A stretch of DNA of 64,000 nucleotides from Monocercomonoides exilis PA203 (Eukaryota > Protista > Preaxostyla), in NCBI GenBank assembly GCA_001643675.2, contig LSRY02000038.1:1-64000 (forward strand), in the 5' to 3' direction. Below are positions 11,940 through 24,800 of this stretch, piece after piece. The notes below the pieces were generated by a model, which was given only the letters and a program-made list of their open reading frames with translations, ran no database searches and was not told where the DNA came from. Each line of letters begins with the position of its first letter. Positions within the stretch are counted from its first letter, which is position 1. Position numbers and translations under genes: made by a program.

Positions 11940-13700
11940 GGCTTTAAATATGATATGTAATGAGTTAAAAAAGATTTATTTCATTCTTCCAATTGAATTT
12001 GTTGTTCTATCAATTTTTAAATATAAAATTAGCTTGTTAATTTGAAACACAATAATGTTGTACACAAACCTTTCAAATTATCTCCATTCGATGTGCAATT
12101 GGAATATTCTGTATTCAATAATAGTGTTCCATTCGCAAATAATTTCACTGAAGCTGTTTGTTATAATTATGATAGAATACAAGCTTTGCTTCATCTTTGC
12201 AAATAAATAATCATTATTTTTTGCATTGAAACAATATGTTTTTATTTTTATCACAATTATTGATAGCTATTTGTTTCGAAATGGAAAAATAATGATAATA
12301 TCAAATATTAAATATTCATTTAATAATATCATAACCAGATGACAAACCACATTGATAACGATCAAGATATTTGTTCAGTACATAATTTCCGATAACATTG
12401 TTCATTGATGTCAACAGCAAATTAATATTTTTTGAATGGATTTCTATTTTTACATGCATCATAAAATATCATTAGGATATAATTTCAATGATTTGAATTC
12501 TCTATTTCCAAATGTCTTTGAATCATCAAATTGAATTGTTTCTGAATAAAACATAAAATAGAAAAATTATAACAATTCAATCAAATAAATTGCTCCAAAC
12601 ACTTTTCATCAAAGATTAATCGAATAATAATATGATATTTCTTTCAATCTGTCAAACTTCAAGCAACATCGATTGTTGTTCAACTATTATTAAACAATAA
12701 TTAAAACAGATGAAGCAAATCATTTCAACAAGTTTATGAAAGGCACACTTTGTTTTAAATTTTTATTTTTCATTAATCATATATTTCCGTTGCTTCATCA
12801 CTCATCGCTCAATCATTTCATGAATATGGATCATTCATTCATCCTTTTTCAAATTCATTCGTATTCATCTATCATTTAACGTAGAATTTTTCAATTTGAT
12901 TCAAACATCTTCTAGGATCAGATATAACTTTCATTTCGTACAATTTGTTGGGAGTTAAACAATAATCTGATTAAACAAAATGTTCCATCTTTCTGTAATA
13001 AATATTTCCGAAATATTTCTCTCTTTATCCATTCATTATTAAACAAAATCAAAATAAAAATTATATGAAATTAATATTTCAAAATCAGTTCTTTATTAAT
13101 TTGAAACTATATAATACAAACCTTGTTTCTCAATTGTGATAAAAGATTCGATTTGACTGTTCAAATCATTTCCACTTTCCACAATGAAATTCTGTTTTGA
13201 TATAAAATTCATAATCGCATTCTTGGGTTATCCATTTAATAAAGTTTGTTTTAATCCAGTGTAATCGATGATAAACTTAAATGCACAGAATAATCAAATT
13301 TGAAAATTATTCATCCACAAATAAATAATTCTCTCAATTCAATTTCACAAATGACTTTCCATTTCTCAAAATCTTAAGAGATAATCTTTCTTTTGCATAT
13401 GATTGTAAATTTTCTCAGATTGACATATGATAGATTTTTCTCTTTTGGCTTTTCTATTCTCAAAGTTCCAGCTTTCAAAATATAGCAAATATATGGAAAT
13501 TGCATTATCTTTAAAATCACGTTCATTTTTCTGTAAAAGCTCCTGATAATTGTTACAAAAGCATCTTGATTCACAATTTGAAATTTTCACATGTCTTTTC
13601 GAGTTCGATTGATAATAAAACTGCAAACTGTCAATGTTCCTGTTGCAAAAAAACTTTTGCACTGTGCAAATTGCCTTTTGTCTTGAACTCTTCACTATTT
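11940..13700 (-). pseudogene. Decayed and/or intron-rich AT-rich gene, divergent from YR-Myb copy 1; unknown product
   Basis: Coding-like fragments (13366-13695, 13374-13574) are broken by stops and frameshifts. The N-terminal motifs (FF..L.FY, KRHVKI, REKS) resemble those near 43.3-43.7 kb. Boundaries are approximate. Confidence 0.35.
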
Positions 13701-13748
13701 ATCGCAAAAGCTTTTTTTATGTGATCAGAACACTTATACTTCAAAAAT

Positions 13749-16700
13749 ATGGATCAAACTGAAGAAAGTCCTTCGTTAAACGAAGAGTTTGAAATTCCAA
13801 CAGCAAGCGAATTGCAAAGTTTTATAGAAGAATTTTACGAGAATTACAAAAAAAACAAAAGTTTGAATGTTTTTAAAAAACAATAACAATTTTATTTTCT
13901 TTTTAAAAAATATGTGAACAGCAATTGAATCCCATGAAATTGTTGAAACGGAAGAAGAAGGAGATGTTGACGAATTAATGCCGCAAGCTGAAAAGAGGAA
14001 AAGCTCCAAACTTGTTCGAGAAGCATGGCTTGGTGAAAAGCAAGATTCCGAAGATGATGAAGATGATGATCAAATAAGAAGAATTGTTTTGAATCGAAGA
14101 AAAAGCAGCAGTTCACGAATGAGAAACAGCAGAAGCAGCATTCCGATGGGAAATCACATTCAAAGCAATGAAAATAAAGAACGATCGAATCATTGTGTTA
14201 TAACTGAACAAGCGAGCTCAAAAAGGAGAATTGTTGACGATTCAGATGATGAGCAAATGTCAGACGAAGATTTTTACGAAGAAGATAGTAGTTCAGAGGA
14301 TGATCATGAAGATTCTGATGATAAAGCTGAAGGATTCGTCAAAACGTACAACTTCTTGAAAACTTTTGAGCAGAGACATAAAAATTCAACTGGACAAAAA
14401 GAATATCTCGAAGAAAATGATGTATTGATTGGACCAGATCACCATTCAAAAGAGAATACGTCGTTCGAAAACCGTTTGGAAAGAAAATCTTGCGAAATAG
14501 AAAATGACAAATCTGATCATGAAAATTCAGATCAGAAACATCTGATTTCTGATCAACAAACAGCGGAAAATCATATTATTACTGAAAAGAAGAAAAAGGT
14601 TCACTGTATTGAAATAATAGACTCGGATGATGAATGTGATCAGGAGGAGATATCGTTGGATCATACTAATGTTGAACAAAGTGACAAAAAGGAAAAACTT
14701 GTCTGTGAAGCAGAAAGAAACCAAGTAGAATTATCTGAAAACTCGATCAATCAGGACTCATCAAAGGAATTATTGTCTGACAAAATCTGCAATGAAAAGG
14801 ATCAAGAATCAACTTCGAATGACATCTGCGGAAGTGACGTTGCCATTCAATCACTTAAAGATCAAGATTTAAATGTTGCGAAGATGAAAGATCATTATCT
14901 GTTAATGAAATATTACGAAAAGAAAATGAACGAAGAGAAGGAGTTGCTTGAAAAAATCCAACTTGAGAAGGAGCAATTGGGCGAGAATGATTGTTTGGAG
15001 GATGAATTGTCTCATTCAGATGTTGTGGAAGCAAAGATTCAGGAACTCAAACAACAAGGAAAGCTTGAGTCCGAAGAACAATTTTTGCGTAAAAGGGCGT
15101 TGAAAAGAAAAGTTGCAGATTCAGGTTTGGATGCATTTTCAAAAGAGAAATTGAATCACAAAGATAAAGAAATCACACAATACATTCCCAAAGAACATGG
15201 AAACAAAGGCTATGAGAACATGTCTGATGAATATGGCAAGCAAAATTTGAGACTTGATAAAGAAAGAAACAGACAAACACTTATGGATGTTGGATTGGCA
15301 AACGAAAAAAAACAAAATATTGCTGAGCATTTCCTTCATCAGAGGAAATATGCACAGTCAACATTGCATAAGCACGCATGGGTGTTGCGGTTGTATGACT
15401 ATTTTGCTGAGGATATGGACTTCAAGCCGTTTCCAATGTCGCTTGAGTGTGTGAGAGGATTCATTCGTTTTTTGGCTTACGATTGTCGATACTGTGTTTA
15501 TTCCATCTATGCTGTTGTCCTTCCATCATTGAAACGAATACAAGTGAAAATGTATAACAAGCCTATTGACGTTCAGCTGAACACAGAATTAAACCTCATA
15601 GTGAACGAAATGAGAAGGGATAAATCTTTAAAACAAAAGGGCGAAGGGAAAGAGCCGTTAATGACATTTGACGTAAAATACTTAGTTCAAAGTATACCAG
15701 ATTTCTTCATGTCAAAAGCTGAGGAGTGCTCTCTTTTTCTTTTCGCACTTCACACTGGAGCCAGAGCCATCACATGCGGAAATGTGAGGCTCTGTGATGT
15801 AAGACAAGTAATTATTGAAGATGATTCTATTTTTTTAAAAATTCGACTAATGAGAAATAAGGGAAATGACAAGTGGAATCACATTGTTCTGCTTGAAAAC
15901 CAAACAGAAGAAAATAAATCACTAGATGCTGTGTACTGGATGAGACAGCACATTCTTCAAAAGTTTGGTAAGGACCTATTTCTTAAAGAAGAGTGGCCTT
16001 TGAAAGAAAAATCAGAAGAATTAATTTGGAGCTGGAGTTCAGAAACAATGAGAACCAGATTGAAGAAGAGACTGGAGCTTGCCGGTTTTCCTCCAGAAAA
16101 TTTCGGTTTTCATTCTTTTCGCAGTGGATTCTTATGCTCTGCTTTGATGAATGCTGGTTCTAACAAAGAGAAAAGAAACTCAATTCTTGAAACATGTGCA
16201 TTTATTGCTGGTTGGATTCCATATTCAAGGTCACAAATGGTGTATGTGAAAAAATCTGCATCACAAAATTTTATTGCTTCTCGAGTAATAATGACAAGTT
16301 CTGACAAGAGGAAAAAATCATTCGTTGAAAAGAAGTTGTTGAGAACAGAATCATTTCATGGGTTCAAGCTGCAATCAAACAAATGGAATGATGACATTAT
16401 TTTCGTAAATTTCTATCATCAAATTTTGAAAAAGCTGAAAAAGGAAAGAGATGGAAAGCGCAATTCAACGGACACGTGTAGATACTTGTTTCATAGAGCT
16501 CTCTCTCAGTACTCAGAAGAAGAGCCAGATTTGGAGGAGAAAGCGAAATTAAAATATCTTCCACTATTGAAGAAGAGTAAATCAAGTTCACACTTTCAAA
16601 TAAAATCTAATATGCGGAGTGAAATTGCGAGGAAAGATTTGTTGTTTATTCTGAAATTGGATCAGTCAAAATTGAATGAAATGGTTGAGATGTTTTGGAG

Positions 16701-16989
16701 TTTTATGAAAGAGAGGAATATTGTTGAGAAAGAAGTGAAAACGAGAAATAATAATCGAAAAAATGAAAGTGAGACGAAAATGAAATTAGAGAAAAGAGAA
16801 AAAGATAAAAATGGAAAAAGAAAAAGAAGAATATGGTCAAAAGAAGAAGATGATGTTTTGAAAGAACACAAAAATAAGGGAGAAAAGTGGATTGAAATAA
16901 GCAAATTTCTTGAAAATAGAACTGCAGGAGATTGTTATGACAGATGGAGAAACATTAAGAATAAAGAAAAAAAAGAAAATTTGTCTTAA
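13749..16989 (+). CDS. Tyrosine recombinase-Myb fusion, copy 1 (~1059 aa; exons 13749-13860 and 13922-16989)
   Basis: YR catalytic set: TGAR (R), RNKG (K), HSFR (HxxR), IAGW (W), MVYV (Y). C-terminal Myb WSKEEDDVL..KWIEISKFLENRTAGDCYDRWRNI. An upstream ATG at 13749 joins the 1003-aa ORF in frame through a 61-nt GTTTG..ACAG intron (13861-13921). Confidence 0.9.
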
Positions 16990-17867
16990 TATTTTATTTT
17001 TTTCTTTTTCTTATTTTTTTTTGTTTTTAAATTCTTTTCTTTTCGAATTTTACCATTTTGTATCTAATTTTGAATTCAAACTTTAATCATTCAAATTAAA
17101 CAAATAAAAAATTCAAAGAAAAATATTTTCAAATATTGAAGAATTTTTTCTTTTCGTATTCTGAGTTTTACAAAAATATGTTTATTGACTTGTATTTCTC
17201 AATTAAGTATTAAATATTCATTTTATAATAAAATTAAAAAAAGTTATATTGTTTATTCTTTATTCATTGAAAACATGGGTGAGTAATTTTTTTTTTGAAA
17301 AGTGGCAAATTTTTCAATATGTTGGATTTATTAATCAAATCATTTTTTTATCATTTTTTTTAACACATATATCACATTACTCCACGATGTAAATTAAATA
17401 ATGTGTAATTTGCTTTTCATAAAAATTCACATTTCGAAAAAATATCTAGGACATATATCGAAAAATAATTTTAATTATGTTTTGTTTTTGTTTTCCTTTT
17501 TTAACATATTTTATTTTTCAAAAATAATTTCCCTTTGATATATTTGAATGATGAGCTTTTTTTGAATAATAAAAATGCAATATTCTATTTATTTCAACAA
17601 AGTCTTTAAATAATTCGTTTTTATCTTTGTGCTTAATATGAAATGAACAATCAAATATGATAGTCAAACAGATAACAAATTATTTATTAAATAATTTATT
17701 AATGTTTCGAATAAATTTTGATAAAAATATAGCTTTTCATGCTCCTATCATGATTATTTTCTGAATTATCTTTCATTATTCATTTCAAATATTAGAAAAA
17801 ATAGGTTGCGGATTTATTATAACCGATATTTTATTGAAAAAAACTCGTTTATGACTACCGGTCTGTG

Positions 17868-18017
17868 CTAACCCTAACCCTAATCAAATTTTTGTGGTTA
17901 GCGACTTAAAAATCCGAAATTTTGATACTAAAAGTTAACGTAATGATCATATGACAAATATCATCAACCTTCATATCTCCCATAATGCACAGTTGGTCCC
18001 CTAACCCTAACCTAACC
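17868..18017 (+). repeat. Two short interstitial telomeric motifs
   Basis: CTAACCCTAACCCTAA at 17868-17883 and CCCTAACCCTAACCTAACC at 17999-18017, in the same orientation as the terminal telomere. Confidence 0.8.
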
Positions 18018-18879
18018 TTACTGAATATATTCTCCACATAAAATATATTCTTAAAAATGAGCCTAATGAATAAAATTGCTTTGAAAGTTATAAATGAACA
18101 TATGATCATAACTTTCAACGCAATCAAATGATACAATGCTTGCTTTATGGTTGGAACATTCGCAATTATAAGCTCACAATTCGCTGAAACAAACGTTTCA
18201 GCAAAAATAACAATCATTATGATTAAATACATTCAATAAAGCCATATGATTGAGACACAAACGAATAAATTTAATATTCGTTTAAAGAATGAACTTTAAA
18301 AACGAAATAATACTGCCCAATTGCAACAATTTCAAAAAATGATATTATTGCCAATTCATATCTTTTCTAAGCAATATGTGCAATATTAACGTCATTCAAC
18401 AACACAGTTCAACCTTTCATAAACTTCATGAGCATTTTGATATATGATGAGTCATAAATAAACTTTTGTTTGATTTATATAATCTTTCTTTTTTGATATT
18501 TAATTTTTCACATTTCTTTTCGATAAACATGCTTCTGAAACATGTATTTCCGCAAATTATTTCATTAAAACTTATATTAAACAAATCCTTTCATAACTGA
18601 GTGTTAAACAAACGTTTTCCATTCGTTTTTAACAAATAAAAATAATAATGTTATAGAATTTCTAAAAAACAAATAATAAATTTCGAAAGTTGAAAAAAAA
18701 ATTTCAACAAGCAATTTTAACAATTCGTTATAACTTCTTCTTTTCATCACACAATCTCCCAGCAATCAATGAAATATTTGCAAAATAACTGCACATATTT
18801 ATTATTTCATATCTTCACAAATAACAGAAATTCGAATCTTGTATCTGAAAGTGGGGTGTTTTATTCCTCTTTCCAAAAA

Positions 18880-21800
18880 ATAACATTCATACGCTAAATC
18901 CAGTTCCTTCCTCAGCTACACCATCGTTTCGCTCTTGAAATTTGCACCCCTCAAAGAAGACGAAGTTGAAAATCGTCATTTTAATATTACCATTGGTGCC
19001 AAACCCGGAACCTGGTGCCAAACCCGGAACTGGCAAATATTTGTGTAATTTGAAAAAAATAATAACTCGTTGCAAACAAAGAACGAAGAGCTCTCATTCA
19101 AAATTTGACTATGCTTATTATTATTTATTTATATTTTTTTATCAAAAACGCAAATACATTCGTATTAATAAAAAATGTATAATTCATCAACTATCCAAAA
19201 ATAAATATTGTAAACAAGATAACAATAAAAATAAAATATCATGTCACGATTTCTTTTATATTTGTGAATGAAAAATCAAAATGTGTTAAAAAATATTTGA
19301 GATTCACATACAAAATAATTTTTTCACATTTGATCATAACCATAAGAATGTGAAAAGTTATTGGCAAGCTCAACCACAACTTGCGAGAGAGGTTTGCTTT
19401 AAATATTTCAGAAGCCTTTAATAACAATTTATCTTTCTTTTAATTTACAACAATAATTTTATGAATACGTCTGCCAGATACCTGTTTTGTCTCAACCATG
19501 TTTTTTTTGGTAGCAGACGTTCCAAAAATAAAGATTACAGTCTGTTATTTTTGGAATGAAATTTGTTCCATTATTGTTTGTTATGGATCACTTTTAAAAG
19601 CTTCAAAAGCGGGGCTATAACTGCAGTGTTTAATATATATTTTTTTAAAGTTTGTTGGTATTTAATTTGTTGAATGATAAGCCAAACTTTGTTTATGTGT
19701 TATTTATACTAATGACTTACTGTAGTTAATATTTTGATTCAAATAAATACAAATTCAGCTATTATTTATGTTGATATTATTTATAAAAATTTGTTCAATT
19801 CTTTCTATGTTCAATTATCGTACTCGATCTACTATAAAATTTCTTGTGCATTTTCTCAATACATTATGTTTGTTAATGTTTTATTTCATAATTCTTTATT
19901 CTCACAAAAATATACGATGAATTTGTTCAGTTAATTTTTGAGTATTTTTTTCAAGTTGTCTTATATTGTAGTGTTTTATTTTATTAATACTGTTTCATTA
20001 CATATGGAAATATTAACTTCTTTCATTCAATAAGCATGAACTATTTTTTTCTATTGTTAATGAATTTCTTTTCAAAGAAATGCAGTTTATCAATTTGATT
20101 ATATAAATAAATTGAAAAAATATTAGTGTTTGGCATAAATTTTGAATATTATCTTGATTTACAAAATCACAAATAATTCATTGTTCAAAGTTAAAAAAAC
20201 ATCAATTTTAATCAAAAAATAAACAAAAAAAAGTTTCATTTTGGCTTAACAAATTCATCGTATATTTTTGTGAGAATAAAGAATTATGAAATAAAACATT
20301 AACAAACATAATGTATTGAGAAAATGCACAAGAAATTTTATAGTAGATCGAGTACGATAATTGAACATAGAAAGAATTGAACAAATTTTTATAAATAATA
20401 TCAACATAAATAATAGCTGAATTTGTATTTATTTGAATCAAAATATTAACTACAGTAAGTCATTAGTATAAATAACACATAAACAAAGTTTGGCTTATCA
20501 TTCAACAAATTAAATACCAACAAACTTTAAAAAAATATATATTAAACACTGCAGTTATAGCCCCGCTTTTGAAGCTTTTAAAAGTGATCCATAACAAACA
20601 ATAATGGAACAAATTTCATTCCAAAAATAACAGACTGTAATCTTTATTTTTGGAACGTCTGCTACCAAAAAAAACATGGTTGAGACAAAACAGGTATCTG
20701 GCAGACGTATTCATAAAATTATTGTTGTAAATTAAAAGAAAGATAAATTGTTATTAAAGGCTTCTGAAATATTTAAAGCAAACCTCTCTCGCAAGTTGTG
20801 GTTGAGCTTGCCAATAACTTTTCACATTCTTATGGTTATGATCAAATGTGAAAAAATTATTTTGTATGTGAATCTCAAATATTTTTTAACACATTTTGAT
20901 TTTTCATTCACAAATATAAAAGAAATCGTGACATGATATTTTATTTTTATTGTTATCTTGTTTACAATATTTATTTTTGGATAGTTGATGAATTATACAT
21001 TTTTTATTAATACGAATGTATTTGCGTTTTTGATAAAAAAATATAAATAAATAATAATAAGCATAGTCAAATTTTGAATGAGAGCTCTTCGTTCTTTGTT
21101 TGCAACGAGTTATTATTTTTTTCAAATTACACAAATATTTGCCAGTTCCGGGTTTGGCACCAGGTTCCGGGTTTGGCACCAATGGTATCTATCACAGATT
21201 GTTTTCGCTCACAAATTTCACAAATGCAACAATTATTTCTTCATTTCACATCAACTTGTCAATAAATGCTTATCAATTAAGTTCAACAATGGAATTCAAG
21301 TCTATTTTGTTCAAAGACTATTCATATAGAGTTTCTGATTCTGCGTGTCCAATCAATGTGCTCGATTGAAATTCAAAAACTTCTCGCTTCATCGTTATAT
21401 GCTTCTCTTCATTCTTCTTTCCCTTCATCGCTTTCATCATATTCCATTTCTTATTCAACAATCAGCCGAAAAAGAAAAGTTGAGTAAAGAATTTGAGCAG
21501 AATAGCGATAATAACAGAATTTCTATCATAATCAAACATTTCTATCAGTAAAATTGAATAATTTTCTTCATCTTCATTTAATATTACACTGAATCAACTC
21601 GTCCTTTTCAATTGAACTGGTAAATTCTCTTGCCATGTGTTTGCTTCCTTCTGAATCATTTACTCTGGCAGCTATATTTCAGCTTTCTTCTCCTTTTTCA
21701 TTGCTGCAACTCATGAATCAAGATCAGATTTCAGAGAAGCGTCAACTTCCGTCCAATTCTGAAAATCTTACTTTCCTTTTCCAATTATTTCTTTCATTAA

Positions 21801-24800
21801 ATCTCAACTTCTTTCTTTATTTCTAACTCACTCTCTTTTCCTAACAAATCACAATTCGAAATAAAGCATGAGTTGTTCATTTCATCAACAGTCATCTTTC
21901 TCGGCATTAAATGATTTCGTATCCTTCAAGTATTCGGAAAAAATGCAGCAACGAGCAGCTCCAAAAACAGCCTTCTTTGCCTTCCTTTTCCTCCTCCTCC
22001 TCCTCCTCCTTCTTCTTCTTCTTCTTCAAATTCTTCACATGCATCTCACAAATCTTCATTCAATTGATTTTTTTCATGTCATTCGCAAAGTCACAGCTGG
22101 AAGGGACTTCAATTCCATCTCTGTTTCTATCATCCACAACATCAGCAGATTTTGACAGCAACATTTCACTTTCGTCTTCATCATCATCTCCCTCTTCTTC
22201 TCTTCCTCCTCCTTCCTCCTCTTCTCCTTCTCCTCTCTCAAATACACCTCCTTCTCCCTCTTCACCACCTCCTCTGTCTTGTCTCTGTATCGCTTCCTCT
22301 CTTTCTCTCACTCCTCTTTCGAAACAAGAACACTCAACGCTTCCGCATTGTTGTTCAGAACAAGCATACACAGTAACGCATCTTCATGGGTGAGGAACTC
22401 ACAAAGACTGTGAAAGAAAGAGAGAAAGAAAGAGAAAGAAGAGAAAATAAAAATATTATTTCAAAAAAACAAAACATTTTCATTGACACTTCCGAATAAC
22501 ACATGCAATTCACACCATATCCCTTCGGCTTTCCCAGCCTCGACTGCCTCTTCCGTTTGCTGCTCTCATATTTCCCTTTTTGTGCTGGAGCATCTTCTTT
22601 CTCTCTCGCAATCACAACTTGTTTAATGTTCACTTTCGTCGAAGGCGGGGGAGTACAATGTGGAATCACGGACAATGATGAAGTTCGAGAAGAAGAAGAA
22701 GTTTTATTATCTTCAACATTATTCCCTTCCTTCTGTTTCTTCTCTTCTCCCATCTCCTCCTCACCAAGCTTATCACACGCTTGCTGCTTTCACCTCTTTC
22801 CCCAACCCCTTCGATGGCGAAGCTCTTCATCCACCCGCGTCTGAGATGGACGTACCTTCTTCTCCTTCTGACTTGCTTCCACCTTCACCTTCTCCTTCGG
22901 ATTTGACTGCTTCGGCTGTCAACTTTTAACAAACAGATCTTCATCATCCTCCTCCTTCACTCTTTCTTTCTGAGGGAGAGCAACGAAATGATTAACAATT
23001 GAAGAAAGCAATAGCAAGAGGAGGAGAAGAAACAAGAGAAGGAAAAGAAGGAAGAGGAGAAGATGTGAATCTTGCATGTGAAGTTACATTGCAACATTCA
23101 CCTTTGTCTCCATCGTTATCACCATCCACATCACATCGATCTTTTTCTTCTTCTCCTTCTTCACCTTCCTCTTCTTCTTGCACTAAAAGTGATTATGCTC
23201 TTCTTCATTCTTCCTCCCTGCAGCGTGCACACACTGAAAATCCTCTTCCATTCACCTCATCCATAACAACAACTCCTTCTTCATCATCATCATCATCTTC
23301 TTCTTCTTCTTTTTCCTCTGAATCTTCCCCTTCCTCCCAGCAGCCTTCCTCCAGCAACCCAAGCAAAGTCCATGAATACAAAACCTGGCTCAGCGAAAAA
23401 GGAATACGCAGCAGCGCGACGAGGAATTACACTCACAGCAGCCAATGCCACTAATCTCTCAGCAACCGTTCAGCTCTCTTCTGACTTGCTCCCTCAGAAC
23501 TCAAAGCAGATTGCTGTTCCTCTTTTGTCTTCGTCGCTCTGTGACTACTCATTCATCCGGACGTCTACAACGGCTGCTTCATCAACAGCAACAGTCTCAG
23601 CCACATTGTCAACATCGCCATCATCAGCACAAGCTGCTCAGCAGCCAAGCTCTGACCATTCTTCCACGCAGGGCGGAATGCAGAGACAGAAGTCAGCCCT
23701 GTTCCAGTCAGGCTCCATCCTCCGCTCCACAGACACCGTCCGCTTGCTGTCGAGTCCGCTTCCTCCAGTGAGAACACTCTCTGAGAGGTTTCTTAGCACT
23801 TCTTGTCGCTTCCGGCTGTTTGTGCTGTTTTTCTCGTTTTCTCTGCTGAAACAGCCACACGTGGGTCTCTTTGCTGCGCTGAGGACAGCTGCCAATGCAA
23901 ACGTGGTGTGGCCACAGAACAACATCTTCCGCGGCAGGAGAGAGGCAGCGTGTTGAGCAGTTGTGTGCGAGCTGCAGATGTTTCATGTTGCAACGCAGGA
24001 AACGATGGAGCAGTTTCTTTTTGGTTAATCATTCCATCCGGATGTGTTCTTTGCTTCTTTATTCCCCTGCACATAGTTTGACGTACATGAGGAGTATTAG
24101 AGGAGGGAATGAAATGAACGGAATGAATGGCTTGTTTCTGAAAGGGGACGTGACAGCTGTGATGAACACGGAGGCTGAAAATGTCACTGCCAACTATAGC
24201 AACAACACAGAAACATCTGAAGACCTTCTCATCGAGAAGCTTTTCATAATAAACTTGATCCACCATCCTGTTCTGGTGAATGCGTCGCTGAAGTCTGAAC
24301 CTCCGCCGTTTGCTGAGGCTGCCTCGACGGAGAAGCGCAGTCAGAATTCGCGCCATCAAATGAGATAGAAAGCGCTTGCGAGTGTAGTAGACCCGCTGCT
24401 TCTGAATATCAACTGTTACAACATCAGCAATGGCTTTAGCAGAAGCAATAACTGTGTGGAAAGGGAAGATCTGTTTGAGCAGTATTTTGAACCACTTGCA
24501 CTGACAGACAGTTCAGAAGGAGGAAAAGAAGGAGAAGAACGGACTAAGGCTTTTCTTTAATAGTGAACAGCCTATCTTTCTCAGATCAAGCTTCCATTGA
24601 GTGACAGAGACAGGACTTCCTCCTTGGCTGATAATTCTCCCTGCGATCCTCCTTTCTTCCACCTGCACAACACCACCAAATATGTGACTCCAACAAATTA
24701 TTCACTTTCCTCATTGCCTCCTGAACTTGCAAATCCCTTTCAAATGTTTTCGTCGGACATTTCGCCTCCATTATGATTCTTGTCTTGTTTGTCTTTTGCC

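Noticed and set aside
19239-21182. Duplicated small genes on opposite strands
   Set aside because: Fully explained by the 938-bp inverted repeat.
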